DNA of 50,933 bases, filler included, from Basidiobolus ranarum (taxonomy: Eukaryota), in the NCBI GenBank assembly GCA_040143965.1. It is 2 parts of 2 records of this genome, joined end to end, with 100 filler letters (N's around TTAATTAATTAA, not from the genome) between each part and the next. Parts side by side here need not be neighbours in the genome. Positions count along the whole stretch, not along the records: positions 1 to 25,549 come from JASJQH010007017.1; 1 more part is not named here. One strand, written 5' to 3'. The translations under genes and the position numbers were made by a program. The first letter of the stretch is position 1; the number at the start of each line of letters is the position of its first letter. A model generated the notes under the pieces. The model did not search any database. It worked only from the letters and a program-made list of their open reading frames with translations, and was not told the DNA's origin. Below are positions 1-10,407 of the stretch, in pieces.

Positions 1-205
1 GACCATGGGGAGTGGCAGAGTGAGAGTACGTTGGAAGAAGAAGATTTCGATGGGAATGGCCATGTATGATAAGGAAATGAACACATCAGCCACCATAGTT
101 ATCCAAGAGACGGAGTCATTTCCTTCTAATCAAGATACAAAAAGAGAAAATGAACAATGAATTTCAGTATACCAAATTTATGTTCTCAATATGCATACCT
201 GGCAT
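1..205 (-). CDS. 5' end of ethylene-receptor-like (ETR1-type ethylene-binding domain) sensor protein, runs off the window edge
   Basis: ATG at 205, exon 1 ATGCCAG (199-205), GT-AG intron 126-198, exon 2 125-1. Spliced product MPEGNDSVSWITMVADVFISLSYMAIPIEIFFFQRTLTLPLPMV. The segment ADVFISLSYMAIPIEIFFF aligns with Arabidopsis ETR1 helix 1 SDFFIAIAYFSIPLELIYF. Confidence 0.8.
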
Positions 206-1558
206 GATTGTTTGTTTACAAAGTGGAGATGTTTTTAGTAAGTGCGAACTTCGTAAGATTGAACCAATATTCTGGGATGCAAAATGAAGAACATCAACCC
301 TTCGTTATATATTCAGTGGAAAACCAATTCTCGATGGTTCGGTAGTCAAGGTGCTGCGAGTATATTGAATCAAAGCTTTCGTATTACAAGGCAATAAGAT
401 CAAGTTCTCCTGAGAAAATGCACTTTCTGGGTTAAATTGGATGTGAGTACTTTTTTTATCTCATTCGTAAAGCATTGAGAGAGCTGGTATGGGAAAGATC
501 TTTTGCAACACCTCTCGCAAGTTTAATTTTATTCGAATTCTGGAAGTAATGAGTCCAATTCCAACTAGCTAATACCCCTGGGCCATTTTCATTTAATAAT
601 CTTGAATGTGGAACTAGTAAAGAAACTTGGCATATTATCTCGATTGTCCAAATCAGGGGCCAAAGATATATCCTAAACTTCCGAAAATAAGATGAAGGCA
701 AGGATAAATAATACGTTCAATATGATTATACATCAACACTGGCCAGTGTCTATTTTGAGATTTCACTTCAAACCGATGCTGAAAGAGCGAAACAAACAGC
801 GAGACAGAGCATTTTTGAGGTAAGAGTGAAATACAAAATGGATACAGCTAATAGCATATCTCTTGAACATAGTGAGCTTTGTATGTCCATAAATAGTCAA
901 GCGTATACACTAGCGGTGAAACAATACTAAGGAAATATCCTCACAAAAAAGAGACCATTTGATGTGATATCCAATATGCCACTCAAACGATCCAAAATGA
1001 TTTAAAAAGGGTTCACTCATCAGAAACAACCTTGTGTTGAAGAATCATGATTGTTTAGAGGCAAAAGGCTGAACAAATTGAATGCCTGTAAGTGCTACAT
1101 ATATCATGCAATGTACATCTGATTCGGGTGATTACTAAGCTACCATACATGTACGATATCCACAAGTAGCCTTTTAATATTAGCAACTGATGCCCTATCA
1201 GAATAGCTTCCAGAAGAATTCACGCATGATGCTATTGTGGTGATGTATGGGCGAACGGCAATTTCCTAAACTTAAATGGTTCTCCACAAAGTATTCAAAA
1301 TCTCAGTTGCAAATCTGCACTGTACCAAATGTACAATATATATGGTATGCCCAATAAGGTGATAAGTAGTAGAAGTGCAATACTTCCACTCAATGTCATC
1401 TGAATATAGCATAACCCTAACCACTACAATCTAGCCCTTGGAAATTATATCATCTTCCACGCCCTCTATGTAATACCGTTATATAATATGTCTTGCAGCA
1501 GTCTTGCATTTGACTCGCCATGACTGAATATGTAGAACTTAATGAATAATGAAAAGTT

Positions 1559-1855
1559 TGTTGAAGTATTTGGGAGCCTGTTGGAAGTGGTTTGGAGAAT
1601 TAGAGAAATTGGTGGTTCTCACTTATTGATTTATTGAGTTGAAAGTTGACATTTATAGTTTTGTCAAGATGTAAACAAACTAACGTGTAGAATGTGTTAA
1701 GGAAGGTCCTAGGAACATGTGTGCAAGGTTTGGGGCTTCTTTGAAAAATCTATATATCTGCGAACTTCTAGGTAAATTCCTTATGAGAATAATGGGTGAT
1801 ATCTTGGTGAAATTAGCATTGCCTAAGCTTATTATTTAGTTATCCTATATTTCAC
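1559..1855 (+). mobile_element. Solo LTR copy (same family as 23940-24287) with internal deletions and an inverted 3' end
   Basis: Begins TGTTGAAGTATTTGGGAGCCTGTTGGAAGTGG and is near-identical to 23940 onward for ~240 bp. Bases 1807-1855 match the reverse complement of the LTR 3' end. Confidence 0.85.
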
Positions 1856-2361
1856 TGATATGAATAGTTCGGTGCTTAATTCTAATATTTCCAACATATA
1901 TGACATCCAAGAATATATTCTCTCTCATTTATATCTATCGAACAAAACACTATACGTTGACGCCAATAGAATGTATTCTTTTCACATACCAATTAGTCCT
2001 ATGATCCTACAGAGTTCAACGGGAAATATTCCAGATAGTGTCTAATCTGTATGACTATTGAACTCTCAACGTTTTATAATGTGTAAAGAAATCATTACAG
2101 ATGATCGATCTTTCCAATCATGATTCAATCGATCACATTTTATCAATTCAATTAAATAGTCGATCAAGAGCAATTTGACTTTATTTTCATGCAATAGCCT
2201 TTGTGTGGCCATCATATACAAAATTTGCAAAATTAAAACGAGCTTATATACATTTGGTTGCAGTAGATGAAGAAAGTGGAATATATGGACTGGTGATAGC
2301 TTTACGAGGACGATAAGTTACAAAACATATATACAATGATAAATACCAAGAGATGTATCAC

Positions 2362-3675
2362 TTAGCATGTATCAAAATCATTCAAATTGATAGATGGGAC
2401 TGATTCATAATCAAGACTAAGTTCAACATGCTCAATCCCGTGAAATGTTTGAGCGACAAAATCGTCTGGCAAATATTCATATTGCTTATCCATGCTCTTC
2501 ACCACGTACCGTCTTCCAACTGGAGGATTCGACTGTATTGCATATCGTATTAGATCATTGAATGTCATTTTGGGAGATATCACTATTCGATCTTTAACCG
2601 TCTTCTTAGCTATGTGTAGAGATACAGTTTTCAGTGGTACTTTTTCTGAAAATCAAAGCCTATCAGTAGCCGATTTAACAATTGAAGTGAATAAACACAA
2701 ACTACCTTTAGGAGAAGCGGAAGCAACTATGTGAGCTAGATCGTAAGTGACCAATGGCGCAAAATCTCTATTCGGAGGTGTCTGCAGTCGCGGAGATGGG
2801 GAGGGCGATGGGGAGGAGGACTGGAATATTATATCATCATCTTCAGAACTGCGAGAAGCTTTCCTCATCGAATTAGCTCTTTGTATCTTCGTATTCAATG
2901 TTTGAGGGTGAAGAGGTAGAAAGGTTTGTTCCGATTCAGTTTTTACATAATCTTGGCAGAACACTACACTATTCAAGTTGGCCAATTTTGATGCTAGGCC
3001 TCTCAGAGGCGAAACTGGGGATTTGTCCAAAGTAACAACACGGCCTATTTGTTGTGGAAATAGCTATTATTAAATTAAAATACACTAATTTGCGTTGTTC
3101 AACAATTAGTACCTTGGACGCCCTTATCACCATTCACATTCGATAATGGACTTCCTGTAGGAGAGAAACGAGAAGTACGGAATCTATCGCTTCTAGGAGT
3201 TGGCTTACTAGCAAGGCTACCTTCATTGAAAACTGGTAATTAAAAAGACATTAGTGTATAGTACAAGGTTGTCGAAGTGAACAAAAAAGCAACCTTTAGC
3301 CCATCTGCGACAAATCGAGTTACACGCCATGCAAAGTTTGACTTCCTTACATGATTCCTCCCAAATTAAGCGTTGAGAGAGGTTGGCCTTTAACCAAGTC
3401 ATAAAGACTCGATTATTAGGTAAAATACATCTACGACGAAATTCCACTTTGTAACCTTGTCTTCTCTTATTCCAGTGAATTTCGGAAGCGGGACAGTGGC
3501 AATCGTTGGTGCCATATTTTCCGGCACAAGTTAAACAGGTTAAGCATGTTACGCATATATTTGGACGCAAAGAGAGAGAAAATTGAAAAGAAGGTTGTTC
3601 CAATTCAAAAGAGGGAAGTTTTGTAGTGCTACGCTCATTATTGAGCTTAAAATTGGGAATATAAACCTCCGACAT
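2362..3675 (-). CDS. Uncharacterised 4-exon protein: N-terminal Cys-rich putative Zn-binding region, Ser/Pro-rich linker, small C-terminal (possibly ubiquitin-like/PB1-type) domain
   Basis: ORFs 3223-3675, 2653-3030 and 2362-2583 join through GT-AG introns. The TGA at 2653-2655 lies in an intron (GTAGTT...TTTCAG). Motif CVTCLTCLTC-x8-CHC...CMAC. Confidence 0.65.
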
Positions 3676-4768
3676 TGCAGTAATTGACAGTTGAGAATCT
3701 TGAGTGTAGAGCTGCTATAAAATATTCAAGTATTTGTATCCTAGCCTGTTGTAGACAAAGTTATTCTGAGACGCAAGTTCGAGTGTATATCCACACAGTT
3801 GGAGTAACTGCTTGATTTTCCGATGGTACCATTATGTCATAGTTCAAATGGGTAACTGAGAGGTGATTGGTCAATATATTTTAACATAAAATGATTCACA
3901 TCAGTAATGAGGATTCACTTTGTAAGCTTTCTATTCTATAATATGCTGACTGCCCAAGTTATCATTAGGACATATTTGTTAGCAACTAGCTGCTTTTATG
4001 ACTAATTATATTATATAATACTTATTTTGATATAAACTAATCCATTTTTCTCTGTACGCGATCCTCTTCACCAATCATTTCTCGTTTTTTTCCAAGAAGA
4101 ATATTCGAACCAGTCTACATCGAAAATATCAATATCAATACATTCCTATTGGTCATATTTTCCGAAAATACCATCCGTCGGAAAATAAAATAATTCGGTA
4201 AGAATGAAATATTCATCTAATGCTGCATAAAGCTATCAATGATGTTTCCTCGACCAATGAAAAGTATACTGTGTAAGCCAATGATTGGAACTTATTCAGA
4301 GGCTGAGTTACAAAAAGAGAGTACTTTCCAGTTATTAGCTTAATAGTTTTGGCGAGTTTCACCGTTTCGAGAACTTTCGAAGGCCCCGGTTTCGATACCA
4401 CAGCATCTACATTTATCATTAATTTTTACGCTAGTAATTCAATTTTTTTCATTACGATTGATGTGGTTTAGCCAAATAATAACCATTACTGAATAAATAT
4501 CAGAGATAAGCAAATTTGAAACACATCTTCAGTAAGGTACAGCCATCTTTGAGTTGGTGTTTGCAAATATAATATATTAAAGCTGGGAACTTGATAGTTT
4601 ATTTGAAGTAGTTCAACGCAAATCATACCATTTGGATATCAATGATTTATAGTGAGTTTAAGTGGCGAAGTTGACGATATTAAATTCAAATTCTGAAATA
4701 TTGAACCATTGTTAAACTTAAAAGGATTTACGTAAATTTGTCATTAATTCGAAACTGATATTGCTCTA

Positions 4769-6223
4769 TTATTGAGATGGGACCCAAACAGAGACTGATC
4801 CACCATTAGCCTTGAAGTTGGCCCATCCATCTTCTTCAATCACAACCTCATCTTCACAATGCCCAAGGAAGTCACGCCATTTTTGACCTGCTCTATCTTG
4901 ACCAACCTCCATTCTTTTCTCACCAGCATCGCTGTTGGTTAACACCACAGCACATGCTTTACTTTGATCGTCTTCCTTGCCCATACGTACCCATCCAACA
5001 GTGTTGGGATGGTCCCAATAATCCCGAGTCTCACCACAGGCATAGTCTTTCCTGGCAAGTAATAGTTGTTTGATTACATCATACTTGGGCGGAACTGGCT
5101 CCTCACCACTAATGCCATACAAGTCACCATAGAACACACAAGGATACCCTTGGTCACGTAACAGAATGATGGCATATGCATGTGGCTTGAACCAATCCTG
5201 AACCCAAGACTCGAGCGACTCACCTGGCTGTGAATCGTGGTTGTCAACAAAGGTAACAGCATGGGTTGGGTGCTTGGCGACGATAGTCTCATCGAACAGC
5301 TGTTGTAGGTCATACTCCTTGCCTTTATTCGAGGCCTGAGAGAGATTGTAGTGTAGTGGGACATCGAACAGATCGATCGAGTAGTCCACATCCTCCAAAT
5401 GTTTGTCCACCGCTTCGATGCTACTCTTCCAGAACTCACCGACAGCATAGAACTTGTCGTTACCCAACTCCTGGCGTACGTGCTTCATCAAATCATATAT
5501 GAATTCTCCATCAATGTGTTTCGCGGCATCTATGCGGAAACCTGAAAGTTGAAGCTCTTTTGACACCCATACGGCCCATTTCTTTGTCTCTTCTTGGACC
5601 TCAGGGTGACTGTAGTCGATGTTGGCAAACATGAGATAGTCATAGTTTCCGAATTCATCATCCACACTATCCGCCCATGACTTATTTTCCCCCACGATCC
5701 GATACACTCCTTTCTTTTGGTTCTCCTCATCCCAGTCGGTTCCAGTGAAGTGGTTGAAGTTCCATTTGAAGTCGGAATGCTTATCACCACGTCCTGGGAA
5801 TGTGAACTTTGTCCAAGCCACAATATCATGTGGTTCTGAAATTTCATTCTCTCGATTCTCTTGATCCACTTCGATCGCTTGGAATCTCTCAGTCTCATCA
5901 GCTGCCGCTTTATGATTCAGCACCACGTCACAGTAGATTTGAAGTCCGTGCTCCTTACAATGCTTGATTGCTTCGACTAACTCCTGCTTGGTCCCATACT
6001 TGGTGGCAACGGTGTTTTTCTGGTCAAATTCTCCAAGATCCCAGAGATCATAAACACCATACCCCACATCTTCTTTCGTTTCACCTTTGGTAGGAGGTGG
6101 AATCCAGACCCCGGTGATTCCAAGCTCTGCTAGCTCCTGAGCTCTCTCTTGAAGACGCTGCCAGTGCTTATGGTCGGCGGGAAGGTGCCATTCAAAGAAT
6201 TGAATCATTGTTTCATTACCCAT
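4769..6223 (-). CDS. Cytoplasmic alpha-amylase, GH13 subfamily 5 (Bacillus AmyS/liquefying type), intronless
   Basis: 484 aa. Motifs GYGVYDLWDLGEFDQK, DVVLNHK, GFRIDAAKH (nucleophile), VGEFW (acid/base), FVDNHD and C-terminal NGGSVSVWV. No signal peptide. Confidence 0.97.
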   Translation of the reverse strand: MGNETMIQFFEWHLPADHKHWQRLQERAQELAELGITGVWIPPPTKGETKEDVGYGVYDLWDLGEFDQKNTVATKYGTKQELVEAIKHCKEHGLQIYCDVVLNHKAAADETERFQAIEVDQENRENEISEPHDIVAWTKFTFPGRGDKHSDFKWNFNHFTGTDWDEENQKKGVYRIVGENKSWADSVDDEFGNYDYLMFANIDYSHPEVQEETKKWAVWVSKELQLSGFRIDAAKHIDGEFIYDLMKHVRQELGNDKFYAVGEFWKSSIEAVDKHLEDVDYSIDLFDVPLHYNLSQASNKGKEYDLQQLFDETIVAKHPTHAVTFVDNHDSQPGESLESWVQDWFKPHAYAIILLRDQGYPCVFYGDLYGISGEEPVPPKYDVIKQLLLARKDYACGETRDYWDHPNTVGWVRMGKEDDQSKACAVVLTNSDAGEKRMEVGQDRAGQKWRDFLGHCEDEVVIEEDGWANFKANGGSVSVWVPSQ

Positions 6224-6319
6224 ATTGAGGTTTATTTTACTCGCTTTGGAAGAGGAAGGTATAAATGCTACCAGCTAAGAAATCAAGGCTGATACGTTTA
6301 GTAGAGTTTCTTGGTTGGG

Positions 6320-6330
6320 TTTTTATATAC
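6320..6330 (-). promoter_or_regulatory. TATA-box-like element upstream of the amylase
   Basis: GTATATAAAAA on the minus strand ~100 bp upstream of the ATG at 6223. Confidence 0.45.
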
Positions 6331-7220
6331 TCAATACATATCATATCATGTGAGGTATTTCTCCTTTTCACTACTCCCCCCTTCTGACGTATGTATGGAG
6401 TTGACAATTCAAGAGCATCTATAGTATAGTCTGTGGATCTTGCCTTAAATCCTCTTCTCTGATGACGCAAATCCAATCTCTATTATATTGCTTAATATTC
6501 ATTTGATATACTAATCAGTCGCCCTTTAAATTTGGATGAAAGTTGGTTGATCCCAGATTGTAATATGTGTAGGATGATGTAATTACTCCACAGTTCCAAC
6601 TATAAGGTACTTCTAAAGCAACATTTCAAAAATTGGCTTTAAAGTCCGCTAGTGCTCATGAAATCTATGGATCAATGCACAATTAAACCACTAACCAATT
6701 GGAGTTAGAGATATATCAATCTGATCACTATATATAAAATATAACCCCAAATAATTTGGTTCTCAGGAACATCAGTATCCTTTCCTTAATTAGTAACACA
6801 AGCATATATATACATCAAGGTGTGCTCAACATCGATACGAATAATGAAACTGATACGATTTTACTTGTGGTCACTCGATCGATTTGCTCGACTTCCTATT
6901 GCACTGCAATATCTCTCAGGATTTGAGCATAGACAAGGGGTATGGCCTGCGACAGCTGTTCAATGGTGCCGCCGTCGCTAAACACCCAACCCATGTCACA
7001 TCTGTCGACAACCACGACCCACTGGTGAGTCACTTGAGTCACTGTAACTAGTTTAAGAACACAGTTTATTCATCCCAAGTATTCCAAGAGATACAATGAT
7101 ATTCATTGATTATACACTTGGGATTACATAAACCAGAGTTCACTTAACATATTATGCTTTTAAATTTTCGCTATTTCTATATAATGGTCAAAGTAATTTA
7201 GAGTTAGAGCTGGTTTAAAT

Positions 7221-9276
7221 CTAATAGCCCATAAAAAACAAGTTGATTTTCTTTAGTGTTGCCCTAGATGGAGAGGCCTAGAAAGATATTATTAGTGATT
7301 CGAATTCAACCTTCACATCCATACTTCAGTAGAGATCTTACCGATGGATGGGATTCAGTGATCTGAAGTAGTTTTCGCAGGATCAAATCTTTTGTTACTT
7401 GAGATTTAGCAACACCTTCCGGTACTATATCGCCAGCTTCGTTATAATAATGGATCATAATGGCGAGTGCAATTCCTACGGAGCGATCTTTGCCTTGAGC
7501 ACAATGTACAAGGATAGTACGATTCTCGGTTAACTTCTCTTTAGCAAATTCCAAAGCTTTTGGAATTAATTCGAGTAAAGTAGATTGGCCTTTTTTCCCC
7601 TCGGGTATATTAAGGTGTAAATATTCGGATTTGTGAGTTTCATCAAGATTATCGTTATACTCGAGTTCACAGCAATTGATGATGCAATCGAAGGTGTTCC
7701 AACATTGAGGAGGTCGTCCTAATCATTGTAATGAAATTTTGTTAAAACCTATAAAAGAATATACTTTAAATGGCGATATTTACCACTGGTACGACTACCG
7801 ATGGCGATGGTAGTTCCTTCAATAAAATCGAATGGACGTTGTATCGGTTTTCCAGATTTATCGAGCCATTGTTCGCCATAATGCTCGCTACTCTGTGATT
7901 TCTTAGCTTTAGCAACGATTTCACGCACGCGACGTTCACATGTGGCTGCATCAGCTGCAAGAATGGATTCATGGTTTTCCCAGAATAACGAAGGAGTTAA
8001 ACCCTAAGAGAAATCATAAGTAACTTAACAGACATGTTGATTTTGAAATTAGCAAAATACCATGGCCCAACATTCATGATCGTCGGCAGATCCCTGAATG
8101 TACATATAGCCCGGTTGAGGCTCCATCGCAGATTTAATTTGACGTGAAGCACTTAAACAGAGTACGGGATAGAATGGCTCATCTTCATAGCAAATATTTG
8201 TCGTAGCAGATAGTTGTGATTGTGGAGTATACCACAGAGGACGTAACGGCTTTTGTAAAAGAGAAGATAATTTGGATAGATTGATCCCCGAAGACTTTAA
8301 ATATGAACAGTATGAGTTAAACAACCAACGACAGTATGTAAAATTTCTCAACTTAAATTACCGAAAGTTTTTGAACGAAATCTGCCATTCTATCTGAAAT
8401 TTGACTATGTTCGGAAGCAGAAATAACCGATGGAAGTGAATGAAACTCCAAATCCCAATTCTGTGGTAGTTCCTCTTTTGTTAAAGTACCGTTGATAATT
8501 TGTTGTTGGCGCCATTGATAGATTGCATTGTTTATTGCGCAACACCATATCGGAACAGTCTTGGAGAGCGAGTCGGGAACGCGTTTTCCACGTCTAGTAG
8601 AATCCACCAAAATACATCCGTGGTGTTGTTCGATTATATCAAGTAGGTGAAGGTTTAAGCGTCTCAAGTTCAAATTCCATTTTCCTGTGTGCCCATCAGT
8701 AGATTTGAAATATACTGTTTGGTAAAATAACTAAAAAAAATTGACGTTGTTTAGTAACTTACAAAATAATACTATGTTGCAAGAATACTTACTTTCTTGG
8801 GTCGTACATACCAGGTTCCACACCTTTCGTTCGCTAGAAAATATTCCGAATATAGTTTGAGTTATGGTGAAAAATTCGGTTTTTTATGACGAAGGGATAT
8901 ATAATGGCCTTCAGTTGAAGAACATTAACAGAAACGTCTGATGGTTTGTCCAAATCACACAGTATTGCTTACCTATCAGTGGTAGTTTAGGGAATATCTC
9001 TGCAACATTGTCTACAAAATCAGCATCTACTTCAATTGATCGAAGACGATTGTACACGTTTTTATTATCTTTCCTTAGTTCCTCTAGTATGTTGTGCTGG
9101 TTTGGGTGTCCAAAGGTAACGTCAAGATCAGAGAAATCTTGGTTAATGTTTTCAACTGAAACAGACTGAAAACTTGGGGCAGTATCCAAAAAGGGCTCGA
9201 AGTCCGTTGAAGGGAGGCTTTCAGTATCAGAGAAGTTATCCTCAGAGTCACTGTTGACAGAACAAAAGAAAGACAT
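7221..9276 (-). CDS. RIT1: tRNA A64-2'-O-ribosylphosphate transferase (multi-exon)
   Basis: Motifs NERCGTWY, YFKSTDGH, ILVDSTRRGKRVPDSLSKTVPIWC, YIQGSADDHECW and C-terminal DUSP-like HCAQGKDRSVG. Ends PSRATLKKINLFFMGY*. Confidence 0.93.
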
Positions 9277-10407
9277 TTTAAACACCGGAAAGGATGTAAA
9301 TTAGATAATTTATTTATTGTGGTTCTATTATGAAAGTTTGCCTAAATCCATCCAAATCAGACAAGTATCTCAATTGATTTAGTGAAATAGCTACAACAGA
9401 CAGAAAGACACCTTCCCATCAAACTTTAACTGACATTTTAGAACTCATATATCCCAAGTGTGCCAAGCTTCATATAACCAATGCTTATCTTTAGTCTGTT
9501 TATCATTCATGTAGAGTTGATGATTTAGCACCTGGATTAGGACAGCAAGATTATCACGCGCGAGGAAGTAACAAGTACATGTTTAGATCTATCTAGACCA
9601 ATGCAACAGTAATACACGTATGTATTATTGCCAAGCATTCTGCGATCAAGAGAGCATAGTTTCTAGATAGCAGTCTAAGTACAAAGCGTTATTACAATAT
9701 TGGGAAATTAAGACTTGATTCAGAATATCCAATACCGATGTATTACTGTATCGGGTAGAAGGACTTGATTAATATAGATAGGCAAGATTCCGTGCAAATT
9801 TCAATGTTCTAAGTCCCATCTCTACAGCCTGGTAATGTTATAGCAGAGTTAGGATCAGAACAACTCCAGGATTACAGGAAATATTCTTAGCAGAAAAATG
9901 AATTAAAATCCGGATTATTGCCAAATCCAAATCCATAGTTACTGGCGGCAAAACTTTATCCTTGCTCAACATCACAGCTTTTCACAGCTCCAATCGCGAT
10001 GTTACTTGTTGTCCTTATTTGCAGCGTGACTAGCTAGGAATACCTTCAAAAGCATCAACATAAAAATGAGGAGCTCCGCTTCATCTAATTATCTTGTCTA
10101 GAACTTCTCTGAGATGTGTACAAACAAGGAAGAGTAGTTTGGCTATCGCCGCATTCTAGCCTCTTCACTTATGTAAATGCTGAATGTACTACTCTTTTGA
10201 ACAATTTCAAATCACAAAGATATCCCACTACTCCCCTGCTCCCAAATAGGCGCTCTAATCCTGTCCAGACACTCGGTCCATCTATGCTAACCCAATCATT
10301 GATGATATCTCCAAATTTGTAGAAGCGGGTTTCTAGGCATTTTTGAAAATAAAAGGCCGTGTACCAAAGTGGAGCTCCTTCATCAGTGCAAATAGTTACT
10401 TCACATC

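Noticed and set aside
456-701. 81-aa ORF upstream of the ethylene-receptor-like gene
   Set aside because: No recognisable domain or usable splice link; probably 5' UTR or promoter sequence.
1140-1480. Minus-strand MLYSDDI resembling the reverse transcriptase YxDD motif
   Set aside because: No other RT motifs are recognisable and the frame has multiple stops; too weak to call.
2653-2655. In-frame TGA between two same-frame ORFs (readthrough, selenocysteine or alternative code?)
   Set aside because: It falls inside a frame-preserving GT-AG intron (GTAGTT...TTTCAG).
5074-5898. Overlapping alternative-frame ORFs inside the amylase, and antisense ORFs within NMD3, HECT and START genes
   Set aside because: They are shadow ORFs produced by codon bias, with no recognisable domains.
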